Source: Hormiphora californensis (Eukaryota > Animalia > Ctenophora). Taken from it: a DNA stretch of 64,000 nucleotides. Made by a program: the position numbers and the translations under genes. The notes below the pieces were generated by a model, which saw nothing but the letters and a program-made list of their open reading frames with translations, was not told the origin of the DNA and ran no database searches. Positions 11,401 through 23,523 of the stretch are shown piece after piece; the stretch's first letter is position 1; the number at the start of each line of letters is the position of its first letter. Location of the stretch: contig CM035358.1 of NCBI GenBank assembly GCA_020137815.1, positions 558,001 through 622,000 on the forward strand. The letters are read 5' to 3'.

Positions 11401-12219
11401 GGGGATGGGGGGAAGTTGCTGTCAAAGTCAGATATACCAATGTCATATTACACTCTTTAGAAACTTCATATAAAGAGCTTTGAATATTAGCTGTAGAAGA
11501 GTTTTGAGAAGACGCGACGGAGTGGTTATAAGTTATAACTCTTTTCAAATAGATTAAACTAAAAAAAAGGGAATAATTCTGAGAAAAGTCTCATCACTGA
11601 TAATTATAAACTAAATAAAACCTTCTATTTCAGGATACCTGTGAAGCATTGATGACCTACAAGGCCTGTCTGCTGAGTATAGAAATGCGGGAAGTGGGAT
11701 ATGCCCCCGATATTGAGAGAGTCCTCCCAGCCCTGGATGAGAGTATCAAATCCTGTCTGAGTAAGTAAAGATGTATCCTGTTTTGCAGCAATTATCATGA
11801 TAGTTCCTGATGAATAACAAATCTGTGTATTTGAATATAACGGAGAATGGCTGTATCTGGAAATTATTGGTTCTATTGTTCTCCTCTTCAATACACTCTG
11901 AACCTCCGTGATGCCGACATGATGAAGTTATATCTTTGTCTACTTGTCTGACCAGATCAGATCAATCTCCTTTTCTTTCTGTGTGTCCTCTTCCCTCAAA
12001 TATACAGCGGCTGTAGATCTGCGTAACTCGACAATCTTCTCCCCCTCTCTCCTCCCATTCTCTCTTCTCTCTACTCATACTCTCTCTCTCTCTCCTCTCT
12101 CATCTCTCGCTCATCTGCTCTCGTTCCTCTCGTCTCATCTCTCTCTTCCGTCTCCTCCTCTCTCTTCTCTCGTCCCTCTTCTCTCTACGTCCTCCTCTCT
12201 CTCTCCTCTCTCTCTCTCA

Positions 12220-12306
<87 letters not shown>

Positions 12307-13361
12307 CCTCTCCTAGTCACGTGGCAATCAGAAGATTAGAAAATTGACCTGTGTTTCCCTTACACTATATACAATCTGGTCGATGTAGGGGGTCCGTGTA
12401 GAAGCGATGCCGCGGAGAGAGAGAATGTAAAGAGTGTTAGCAGTTAGCAGCAGATACTTAGAAAAAGGATAGAAGGTTAGAAGATAAGTAGATAGCAGGA
12501 GGGAAAGTTAGCCTGTAAAAGTGGCATATATTCTTGACGAGAAAGAGTCCAGACCATAGCATGTCCTAATAGGTATTATACAGTCGAGAAGCCTGGGGAA
12601 AGAGAGAAATCAGAGAGAAATCAGAGAGGGAGAGAGAAGCCGTCTAACGGTCTACACCCATACATTCTCTCCTCTCTCCAATCGTTTTACAACACCCCTC
12701 TCTCATCTCTCTCTGAATGTGTTAAATACTAACTCTCTCTCCTACTCTAGTACACACAAGAATCCAAAAGGAATTTGACCCATGCTAGTCTTAGGTGGTA
12801 ATCAGGTTATCTTTTAAAGACGTTGTAGTGGCATGGTATCGTGCTAGCGTGTATTTTAGAGGTCAGAAGTACCGGAGACAAATTTACTCTTGAAGTGGAG
12901 AAGTCTTTGAATTGTTGAACTGTTCAGTGAGAGAATCTGAACAAGTCTTTGAATTGTTGAACTGTTCAGTGAGAGAATCTGAACAAGTCAATTAGGAAGA
13001 ATTTCGGGGAATTTTTCTTGTCAAGAACAGCCAGACTCCCAATTCGTTTAAAAAACTAGAAATCAAATCATCTCCCTTCAAGGTCTTCATTGAGATGATT
13101 TGAAGGAATTCAGGAATGCCAGACACTATATAATCATGCTAACTGATGGGGAAGATTATGTCATTGCATGGCCTTATGTTCCAAGAGTGCCTCATTTCCA
13201 GACAGGAAAATATCGACAAGTAGGGGAGACTTGGAGTTGAGCCAAGAGAGAAGGGAGGTTAGGAGAGACAGGAGCGAGAGGAAGAGAGTAGTTGGGGTAA
13301 CCTCTTCTTTTACTGGGGCGACGATTATTGCCATGGTTACCAAATGTCTACTGGGTTAGAG

Positions 13362-13453
<92 letters not shown>

Positions 13454-14731
13454 AAAAGGAAGAGGAGACATTTGTATATTATAGTAGTTGGTATAAATGT
13501 TGAGCGGTGATCTTCAAGCTACAAAGTGAATGAGAATATGTACTCAGGACTCAGAATTGTGTAAAACTTGGATTCACGGGTTACCTATAAAACAATACTT
13601 AGATCAATCATCAATAACAGGCCTTTCACCTCGGTCCTAGTTAAAATCCCAAATCTAACCCTATAAGTGACAGTTAGACACATCTCCAACCCCCACTCAT
13701 CCTCCAGGTCCCGTTATCATGCTGTGTAAACACAAGAACCTAAAGGGAAAGTGCTCCAATGTGACAGAGGCAACCGCTGACTTGGGTGATCTAGATAACA
13801 TGGTATGTGTTACCTTTCTCCACTGTTTTTTATTCATGTTTCCCAGTAAAAGTTCACTATCCCTCTGTAGGGTGCATTTAATCACCTGCAGCTTAGATTA
13901 AATTCTCAACGTTTTAGTACTAGAGTAGTAATTTAAAATATATTGCTAAACAGGGGGTTGGTCTGATTGCAGCTTTACCAAGTAGTATCGGTTACAACCC
14001 ACTCACACCATTCTCAGATCACTATTACTCACAACCTTCTCACAGTTGATTTCAAACCGCCCTACCTCACCCTCCCTCTCACCAACCCCTTTCTCTCAGG
14101 TGCAGTCAGTGAGAGTATTCGGCGGTAACTGGGCTCTATTCAGTGAACCCCATTTCCGGGGCCAGCGATATGACGTCAGGAATGGATTCACGTCTCTCTG
14201 GATGGGTGTCTACTCCCCTGAATATGGGAGTGCTGATCTGAGAACTCTGGGAAGGAGCCTCTCATCCCTGAAACCCCTCGGTTAGTGAAATGGAGATCTA
14301 GGAATATTAATATGTTAACCATCATGGTTTTGGGTGCCATAGTTATTGTTTTAAACTGGTTTAGAATACAACTCATTTAGAGCTGTTAACGCCCAATCAC
14401 CCACATACAACTTGTCTCCCATTAAGACAAGGGCTTGTCTCTCAGCTGCCATACAAAGGGAGGGGGGTTTGTTTATATTAGTCCTGGGAATTATTCACCG
14501 CATTGCGTGTGATGTAATGGAATGATCCTCTCAACTACGTGTAGCTAGAACACATTCCTTGCTTGTGATATCCTGAACAGAGAGAGAAAGAGAGAGAGAG
14601 ATTGAGAAGTGAATGAGATGAGATAGATAGAGATGAGAGAGAGAGAGGAGATCGAGAGAGAGAAGAGAGAACGAGAGAATGAATCGACGAGAGAGATGAG
14701 ACTGAGATGACTTCCTAGAGAGAGAAGTCTT

Positions 14732-14766
<35 letters not shown>

Positions 14767-17700
14767 GGGGGGTGAGAGAGCATGTTCTACAGAGACCTGG
14801 AAAGAGGGGGAGTGCGAGGGTGAAAGAATCGCTTCGTGCCACCCACCGTTACATACTGGCGCCTAGTGCACGGAAACTGAGCGGGCTGAGAGAGAGTGAG
14901 AGAGAGGAGAGAGAGTGAGAGAGAGGAGGAGAGAGAAAGGCATTCTCATTAGCGGCTTTATTGAATAAAAAAGGTGAACTAAATGTTTACACACGAACTT
15001 GTTTCCTTGTTGCACAACTACGAATAAAAAAAGTAACCCCCAGTAACCCATAAAGTTGGAATAATTTGGGACAGTAACATAATAATTCGGGACAATAGTA
15101 GACATAAGTTCTCAGTTCAACTTGTCCAATGATAATGGAGGACTAGGAAAAGTGGTTGTTACTTGCTTACTAACCTTGGTAATCACTATGTAAACCCCCC
15201 CTTCCTATTTTAGAGATGTTTGGACCCAGTACCACCAAGGATCCATCCCTAAAATTCACTTCAGATGGTAACTATGTGGCATGCAGACAGATGACAGACC
15301 CAATAACCTGAATAACTTATTTCCCTTTAGTTATCTACCGACCAAGACAGACACTTGTTTCTAGATACAACAGAACAGAACTTACACCACATCACCCCCT
15401 AACACCTACTCTCCCCTCCCCAGCTACTGACATGACAACTGATTTCACTGAAGGCTCCATCTCCTATGGAACTGTTGGCCCAACTAAGGGATCTGATTCC
15501 CCGGTTACTCTCGACCCCGGTTACTCCCAATGGGTTAAACTGGACGACATTCCTGCATCCGCCCATCCCACAATGTAAGCTTATAATCCCCGAGTGTGTG
15601 TGTGTGTGTGTGTTTACCCATGCACTGCTTATGTAAACAGTGTCTAGCAGAGAGCAGTTGTCAGGGATCTCTCTGATTGTAACGCGCGATAACACCAGTA
15701 CTAAGATCTGCGCGCTGAATTCACGTGCTTTCTTTGTGCGCACTCAAAGCGGGGCATCTCTAAGCGGGGGTGTTAGCACCCCCTGTCCGGAGTACTGCTT
15801 TTTTTCTTCTCTGTGTGTGTCGCAACACTGGAATCGTGCGCGTTCAGGGCATGTTTCAAGTTCCACGTGTCATAGCGTAGCCCCTAATTAGATTAACGAA
15901 TAATTGTTCACACTAGGTTCAAGCCCAGACAATTCCTAATACCGTAGATCAAGCCCGGACTTGATTGGATAAACACAAGCTAGGTTATGGGCTCTTTTGT
16001 AAAAGTCGTCATGATTCTGTACACCACGGAATCTGTCAACCTAGGCAGCTTCTCCGGCTCACTGAAAGAGTAATATCCCGAAATTCAAAAAAAGGCGAGA
16101 TATGCCCTCTAGACAATTGTCTGCTGAAGAAGCTGGTGTAATTTTTTTCAAGATCCGACGTAAGACGTAGCCAGTTAGCTGTAACATTTGAAATCATGCT
16201 CATAATTCGTGTAGTGCGTAACCAATGCTGACACATTGAAGTCTAAAGAGTACTGCTTTTTTCCGGAGTACTGCTTTTTCTCTCTCTGCCAAGAGGGCGC
16301 GTAGGGGGCTGTGTGTGGGGACTGTGAATGTGTTGGAGTGTGGTGCATCAAGGCAGTGTGTGTGGTATTCTGATTTCTGTCTCTTACACGACTTAGTGTA
16401 CCGGATATTATAAGAGTAGAATGTTATTATACATGACACATAATGCTTCCTACTCCCCTCAGCTGTCCCGACCGGCGACCCCACCCCTCATCTGCTCCAT
16501 CTCTCAGCTAACCTACCCCTCATCTACTCCAACTACCAGGCACCAGATATCCTACCCACCATCTCCCTCATCTACTTCATCTCTCAGCTAACCTACCCCT
16601 CATCTACTCCAACTACCAGGCACCAGATATCCTACCCATCATCTCCCTCATCTACTCCATCTCTCAGCTAACCTACCCCTCATCTACTCCAACTACCAGG
16701 CACCAGATATCCTACCCATCATCTCCCTCATCTACTCCATCTCTCAGCTAACCTACCCCTCATCTACTCCAACTACCAGGCACCAGATATCCTACCCATC
16801 ATCTCCCTCATCTACTCCATCTCTCAGCTAACCTACCCCTCATCTACTCCAACTACCAGGCACCAGATATCCTACCCATCATCTCCCTCATCTACTCCAT
16901 CTCTCAGCTATCATACCCCTCATCTACTCCAACTACCAGGCACCAGATATCCTACCCACCATCTCCCTCATCTACTCCATCTCTCAGCTATCATACCCCT
17001 CATCTACTCCAACTACCAGGCACCAGATATCCTACCCATCATCTCCCTCATCTACTTCATCTCTCAGCTATCATACCCCTCATCTACTGCATCTCTCAGA
17101 TATCCTACCCCTCATCTACTCCATCTCTCAGATACCCTACCCCTCATCAACTTCATCTCTCAGATACCCTACCCCTCATATAATACATCTCTCAGCTACC
17201 CTAGCCATCATCTACGCCATCTCTCTGCTACCCTGCCCCTCATCTACTCGATCTCACAGCTACCCTGCCCCTCATTTACTCGATCTCTCAGCTACCCTGC
17301 CCCTCATCTACTCGATCTCTCAGCTACCCTTCCCCCTCTCCATCTACTACATCTCTCAGCTACCCTACTCCTCATCTACTCCATCTCTCAGCTACCCTTC
17401 CCCCTCCCCATCTACTACATCTCTCTGCTACCCTGCCCCTCATCTCAGCAGTCAGCTACCTTACCCCTCATCTACTTCAACTCTCAGATACCCTACTCCT
17501 CATATAATACATCTCTCAGATATCCTACCCCTCTGCATCTACTCCATCTCTCAGCTACCCTAGCCCTCAGCTACCATATTCCTCAGGTACCCCAATACCC
17601 CATCCTGCTCGATCTCTCAGCTACCCTGCCCCTCATCTACTCGATCTCTCAGTTACCCTATCCCTTATCTACTCTCTCAGCTACCCTTCCCCTCCCCATC

Positions 17701-20700
17701 TACTACATCTCTCAGCTACCCTGCCCCTCATCTCAGCAGTCAGCTACCTTACCCATCATCTACTTCAACTCTCAGATTCCCTGCCCCTCATATAATACGT
17801 CTCTCAGATATCCTACCCCTCATCTACTCCATCTCTCAGCTATCCTACCCATCAGCTACCATACCCCTCAGGTATCCCAATACCCCATCCTGCTAGATAA
17901 CTGTAAGATCTTATTAGATGCTTCTAAAACCCCCAAAATACCCACCAGACCTCATTAGATACTCCTTAGAACCTTTCAGGTACCCTTACAACCTGGTCTG
18001 GTGGGTATCCTGGGGGAAGCATCTAATAAGATCTTACAGTTATCTAGCAGGATGGAGTATTGGGGTACCTGAGGAATATGGTAGCTGAGGGGTAGGATAG
18101 CTGAGAGATGGAGTAGACAAGGCGTATGATATCTGAGAGATGTATTATATGAGGGGTAGGGTATCTGAGATCTGAAGTAGATGAGGGGTAAGGTAGCTGA
18201 CTGCTGAGATGAGGGGCAGGGTAGCTGAGAGATTTAGTAAATGGGGAGGGGGAAGGGTAGCTGAGAGATAGAGTAGATACGGGATAGGGTAGCTGAGAGA
18301 TCGAGTAGATGAGGGGCAGGGTAGCAGAGAGATGGCGTAGATGATGGCTAGGGTAGCTGAGAGATGGAGTAGATGCAGAGGGGTAGGATATCTGAGAGAT
18401 GTATTATATGAGGAGTAGGGTATCTGAGAGTTGAAGTAGATGAGGGGTAAGGTAGCTGACTGCTGAGTTGAGGGGCAGGGTAGCTGAGAGATGTAGTAGA
18501 TGGGGAGGGGGAAGGGTAGCTGAGAGATAGAGTAGATAAGGGATAGGGTAGCTGAGAGATCGAGTAAATGAGGGGCAGGGTAGCTGAGAGATCGAGTAGA
18601 TGAGGGGCAGGGTAGCAGAGAGATGGCGTAGACGATGGCTAGGGTAGCTGAGAGATGGAGTAGATGAGGGGTAGGATATCTGAGAGATGTATTATATGAG
18701 GGGTAGGGTATCTGAGAGATGAAGTAGATGAGGGAGATGATGGGTAGGATATCTGGTGCCTGGTAGTTGGAGTAGATGAGGGGTAGGTTAGCTGAGAGAT
18801 GGAGTAGATGAGGGAGATGATGGGTAGGATATCTGGTGCCTGGTAGTTGGAGTAGATGAGGGGTAGGTTAGCTGAGAGATGGAGCAGATGAGGGAGATGA
18901 TGGGTAGGATATCTGGTGCCTGGTAGTTGGAGTAGATGAGGGGTAGGTTAGCTGAGAGATGGAGCAGATGAGGGAGATGATGGGTAGGATATCTGGTGCC
19001 TGGTAGTTGGAGTAGATGAGGGGTATGATAGCTGAGAGATGGAGTAGATGAGGGAGATGATGGGTAGGATATCTGGTGCCTGGTAGTTGGAGTAGATGAG
19101 GGGTAGGTTAGCTGAGAGATGGAGTAGATGAGGGAGATGATGGGTAGGATATCTGGTGCCTGGTAGTTGGAGTAGATGAGGGGTATGATAGCTGAGAGAT
19201 GGAGTAGATGAGGGAGATGATGGGTAGGATATCTGGTGCCTGGTAGTTGGAGTAGATGAGGGGTAGGTTAGCTGAGAGATGGAGTAGATGAGGGAGATGA
19301 TGGGTAGGATATCTGGTGCCTGGTAGTTGGAGTAGATGAGGGGTAGGTTAGCTGAGAGATGGAGTAGATGAGGGAGATGATGGGTAGGATATCTGGTGCC
19401 TGGTAGTTGGAGTAGATGAGGGGTAGGTTAGCTGAGAGATGGAGCAGATGAGGGGTGGGGTCGCCGGTCGGGACAGCTGAGGGGAGTAGGAAGCATTATG
19501 TGTCATGTATAATAACATTCTACTCTTATAATATCCGGTACACTAAGTCGTGTAAGAGACAGAAATCAGAATACCACACACACTGCCTTGATGCACCACA
19601 CTCCAACACATTCACAGTCCCCACACACAGCCCCCTACGCGCCCTCTTGGCAGAGAGAGAAAAAGCAGTACTCCGGAAAAAAGCAGTACTCTTTAGACTT
19701 CAATGTGTCAGCATTGGTTACGCACTACACGAATTATGAGCATGATTTCAAATGTTACAGCTAACTGGCTACGTCTTACGTCGGATCTTGAAAAAAATTA
19801 CACCAGCTTCTTCAGCAGACAATTGTCTAGAGGGCATATCTCGCCTTTTTTTGAATTTCGGGATATTACTCTTTCAGTGAGCCGGAGAAGCTGCCTAGGT
19901 TGACAGATTCCGTGGTGTACAGAATCATGACGACTTTTACAAAAGAGCCCATAACCTAGCTTGTGTTTATCCAATCAAGTCCGGGCTTGATCTACGGTAT
20001 TAGGAATTGTCTGGGCTTGAACCTAGTGTGAACAATTATTTGTTAATCTAATTAGGGGCTACGCTATGACACGTGGAACTTGAAACATGCCCTGAACGCG
20101 CACGATTCCAGTGTTGCGACACACACACAGAAGGAAAAAAAGCAGTACTCCGGACAGGGGGTGGTTAGGAAAGGGACGCCGCGGAATAAACCGGATATGC
20201 TTTGTGTTGTTTTGGCAGAACTCCAATTAAAGTTTCCACTTCTTTCTCAGGTGCCGCCAGACGTACTGCATCCTGGGTATTCGGGTTATCTTCCCTCGAT
20301 TAAACGCTGTTGCTTTGCCTACTGATCAAATCTTGAGAGATACAATTATCTCTCGACTGATGGATAGCTACGGAATCGAATCAGAACAGGTAATGGAAGA
20401 GAGGGCCTCCATCTCATTTGATAGAGGAAATGAACGAATATGTCAAGTGATGATTAATTATTATCAATTCATTGATCATTCATTTCAATCTACATGAGTC
20501 GAGTGGGTGGCCAAATGATGTAGTAGTAGTACATCCTTACCCCACCCACTCAACTACATGCTGCTATTATTAACTACATCCCCTCAGATTGTTCATGTCT
20601 CTATTGACGAGGCGTCCTCTGAACTGGAGCTGCAGATAATCGATAAGAAGGGATCTCGACAAGTTATTGACGTTGCTGCTGACATCCAGACAGATGTAAG

Positions 20701-21895
20701 GGACATATTGGATGAGGTCTCAACTCTCAAGAAACTGAATACAATATTCTAACCCTCCTCCCCCTGGTATAGGTACAACACGAGAACTTCATCTTTGTTT
20801 TGGGTGGTATGATCGTATCTCCAGACCCTAAACGATATGGTGTGACACTGAAGACAGTTCCTGAACTGTACTTACCCATCGTACAGACTAAAGGGTAAGT
20901 TAACCATTTACGGGCATCACGTGACACTCCTTATAAGGGCATATATCACGTGACTAATCACCCTCTCTTTAGACCTGATACCGAGGAAGCTGAGACCCAG
21001 GAGCCCTACCGACCTGAGACAACAGCCCCATTGGAGACTACAACTGCAAACAATGAGATAGAGACCCACTACCCTGATGTGGTCAAAGAGGATTCTCTCA
21101 TGTAAGTAGTGGACAGTGGTGAACACTGGGTTGTGGCTATTGTATTGGGAAGTAAAGAAGTGGGATCCCAATGTGAGGATAGAGGTTAGGTGGGATTTGA
21201 GAGGAGCTGGTGATATGAGACAAAACCTTGTCCGTATTTTAACACACAATATCACTACTTGTGGCTTGTTTTAACACCCAATACTGCAGGGATGAGGTTC
21301 ATAATGTGATGGTAAAGACCGAAGAGGAGGTGCCCAAGAAATACTTCTACCCAATCCTTGGAGCTGCCCTTGGATTCTTCACTGTGGTACGATTAGAATT
21401 AGGGAACATCCCCCCCCCCCCCCGAACATTGTTTTCAGTTGTTTTGAATTCTATTGGTATCCTATGCCTTGTGGAACAACATCTAATCTCCATATTCCCA
21501 GGTGGTGTGTCTATCAATGGCTATGTTGTACAGATGGTATAGGAGCCATGACTACACGGCGATCAAAAGGGCAGGCAGCAGTGTCCTAAATATTGATGTA
21601 CCAGCGCCTCCTCCCGCTAAGAAAATGGAGGTAAGTACTCCCCCTTCCAAACTATCTGACGCCGACAGACCACGCTTTGATTCGACAGTCGGGTCGGCGT
21701 CGTCACTAGAAGTATTTGGGAGTGGTGGGAAACTTTCTTGCTAAATTGAAATGGACGTGCTAATTCGACGTTTTGAGAAATTACAGTGGGCTTCACTGAG
21801 ACAGGTCTTTCAGCAAGCTATTAAAACTAACTCCCCCTCTTTTTCAGGGCTTTGAAAATCCCAGCTACCTTCTAGATGAGGTTGATAATATGTGA
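4448..21895 (+). CDS. Multi-exon type-I membrane protein: signal peptide - SUEL/rhamnose-binding lectin - helical linker - beta/gamma-crystallin domain - linker - TM - NPxY tail
   Basis: Phase-compatible GT-AG exons: 4448-4469, 4866-4892, 9216-9334, 9448-9649, 11093-11175, 11634-11760, 13708-13802, 14100-14280, 15214-15267, 15424-15574, 20251-20389, 20588-20695, 20773-~20894, 20973-~21101, ~21290-21386, ~21502-21630, 21848-21895. Peptides: MRTLLLLGVLCTIAAL; ICQGETGSISC...IYSAYYGR...C...VQRECDEKPRCDVKAANRNFEDRC...HLDIEFYC; VIMLCKHKNLKGKC...VQSVRVFGGNWALFSEPHFRGQRY...LSSLKPL; ILGAALGFFTVVVCLSMAMLY; GFENPSY. It could instead be 2-3 genes if the stops at 11766 or 14283 are used. Confidence 0.72.
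5330..5420. repeat. (CT)n microsatellite; similar tracts at ~12050-12310, 13360-13450, 33605-33685, 57400-57560, 59920-60050, 61090-61170
   Basis: Directly visible CT/GA (and GAGATA) runs. Confidence 0.95.
6768..8121. mobile_element. Foldback/palindromic non-autonomous element A (~1.35 kb), intronic
   Basis: Near-perfect inverted arms: TAGGCCAGTCATATGACG...CGTCATATGACTGGCCTA; 6800-7420 mirrors 7455-8078. Each arm carries two copies of a ~165-bp module (CGTCCTCGCATTAGTGGGGGTAG...AATTGGATAATTAG). Confidence 0.85.
8826..9050. repeat. Minisatellite, ~33-bp unit (CTCTCCCTAGTCCCC(A/C)GTCATGACCCACAACCAAT)
   Basis: About 6-7 tandem copies visible. Confidence 0.9.
10657..11085. repeat. Minisatellite, ~30-bp unit (CCCCTCTCCAAGATGTTAACTATAACCCC)
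   Basis: About 13 tandem copies, ending just before the acceptor at 11092. Confidence 0.92.
15777..20163. mobile_element. Giant foldback element B (4.39 kb) with CAC...GTG termini and 5-bp TSD (GTTAG), intronic
   Basis: GTTAG|CACCCCCTGTCCGGAGTACTGC...GCAGTACTCCGGACAGGGGGTG|GTTAG. About 710-bp near-perfect outer arms, then mirrored arrays of an 80-bp unit and a degenerate ~31-bp unit, with a ~40-bp central spacer near 17950-17995. No transposase ORF. Confidence 0.92.
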
Positions 21896-23523
21896 ACAGT
21901 GAACACAGTTGAAGGGGTGCCCTGCTGAATACAGAGCGAGCTATGTATGTGCACTACAGAGACAATGTTTTGAATGTTCGAGAGAAAAGGACTGTGTGGG
22001 ACAACACAAGATCTCTTGAGACAGAGAGTTCAATCAAAATATGTTTTTTACGTTTTCTACCTATAGAAAGTTTAGATCACAGAACGCAACACATGTATCC
22101 TGTATATAAGAAACACTTTAATTTTACCTTCAGTCAATCAACATTTTGAAATGCATACCGTTTATTTTCCCAAGATTTTCTTCATGACTGTGAAAAGAAC
22201 AAGATCTCGACCAGTCCCTGAGCATGAGTCCCATCTACTTTTATCCTGTTTTTGCCTTGATGAGTTATCTTTCAAATCAAGGTTGTGTGTGAGTAAGGTT
22301 GTGTTTTTTGGTGCGTTACTACTAGACGATGTTTAAAAACCCGGTGCCATGATCTCCGGAAGCGTATAAGGTATTTGCTTTTTTTGCAAGAGCCGATTTA
22401 AAACAAAAGATTTATATGGTAGACTAGACACCGAGAGAAAGACTTGGCTCTTATGCTACTATTACAGTGAATAAACCCTGTAAAAAGAGGGGCCATGTCT
22501 GTCTGCCAAGGTTGAGAAAGGTATATAAGGGTGAACGTCCCTTGAGAGAGAGTGTCAGGTATATATATCGCAACAAAGCAGCTGTGTGTAAACTTCCAAA
22601 ATACACTGTGTTTGTCAGCAACTGATGTTTTTACGCAAAACCACTGAGTTTTATTTGGATCAATTATTAAAGGTTCTATAGATCATGATAACGACACTGA
22701 CAGTCATAATGTAAGGCCCCTGGGTCCTATTTTAGAATAGTGACTACCTCTGGCCAAGGATCTCACTCTGTGCACGCCGGGGTTTTCTAATAAATGTTCG
22801 GCCTCTGAACTCATGATACTCAGAAGATCCCGCGTGACCGAGAGAAGTTTGGCGCGGTGCGCGTTGCATTGCTGACACAAGTGGATTCCTTACAATTCGT
22901 GTCGCCGCCTGTTACAAACATTAAAACATGGTTTCTGGGTCATGGCACATCAAGTTCTGTCCCACAATGGAATTAATAATTAAAATCTGTACATAAATTA
23001 TATCATCATTGTTCATCAAATAAATATCACGTGACACACACATACTAAAATTGTAAAAGTCTTTGGGAGAATATAAAGGTCGGCTCAAAGAAAATAGCTA
23101 GCTGCTTGACGCTTGTGATATGACGGTAGTGGTCGACAACTTCATACTGACAGCTACTTATTTTGGCACTCTCTAGCTGCAGACCACCCACCATGGTTAC
23201 ACGTCTGAACATATCTGTGAAAGGTAGCTCTTTTGATAGTTCATTACTTCTCGAGAATTGAACTGAATGATAAGATCTTTGAACAATATATTAATTATAG
23301 TTGCCTTGTTCGCTTCATTTCGTGTCAGTCATGACTATTAGATTTCTTAAAGTCTGAAGCAACCTAGCAGGCTAACTAATATTTACACATTAGTTTTTAC
23401 CAAACTAAATATATCTAATATTTAGTAGCTCTGATTTCTATTGTCGTTTTTGACCATTCTCTCTCTCATTGTGTCTCTGATATCTCTCCAACGTTCTCTC
23501 TCAAACCGTGTCTCTCTAAAGTT

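Noticed and set aside
12135-13510. ER/LS-repeat ORFs here and at other (GA)n tracts
   Set aside because: Translations of microsatellites.
16490-19455. 80-bp repeat arrays as a CRISPR-like array
   Set aside because: Units are contiguous tandem repeats without unique spacers, there are no cas genes, and the context is eukaryotic.
16036-19903. Identical ORF pairs (66 and 94 aa) on opposite strands, likewise 6714-6977 and 7902-8135
   Set aside because: They arise from the palindromic arms and show no transposase or other domain features.
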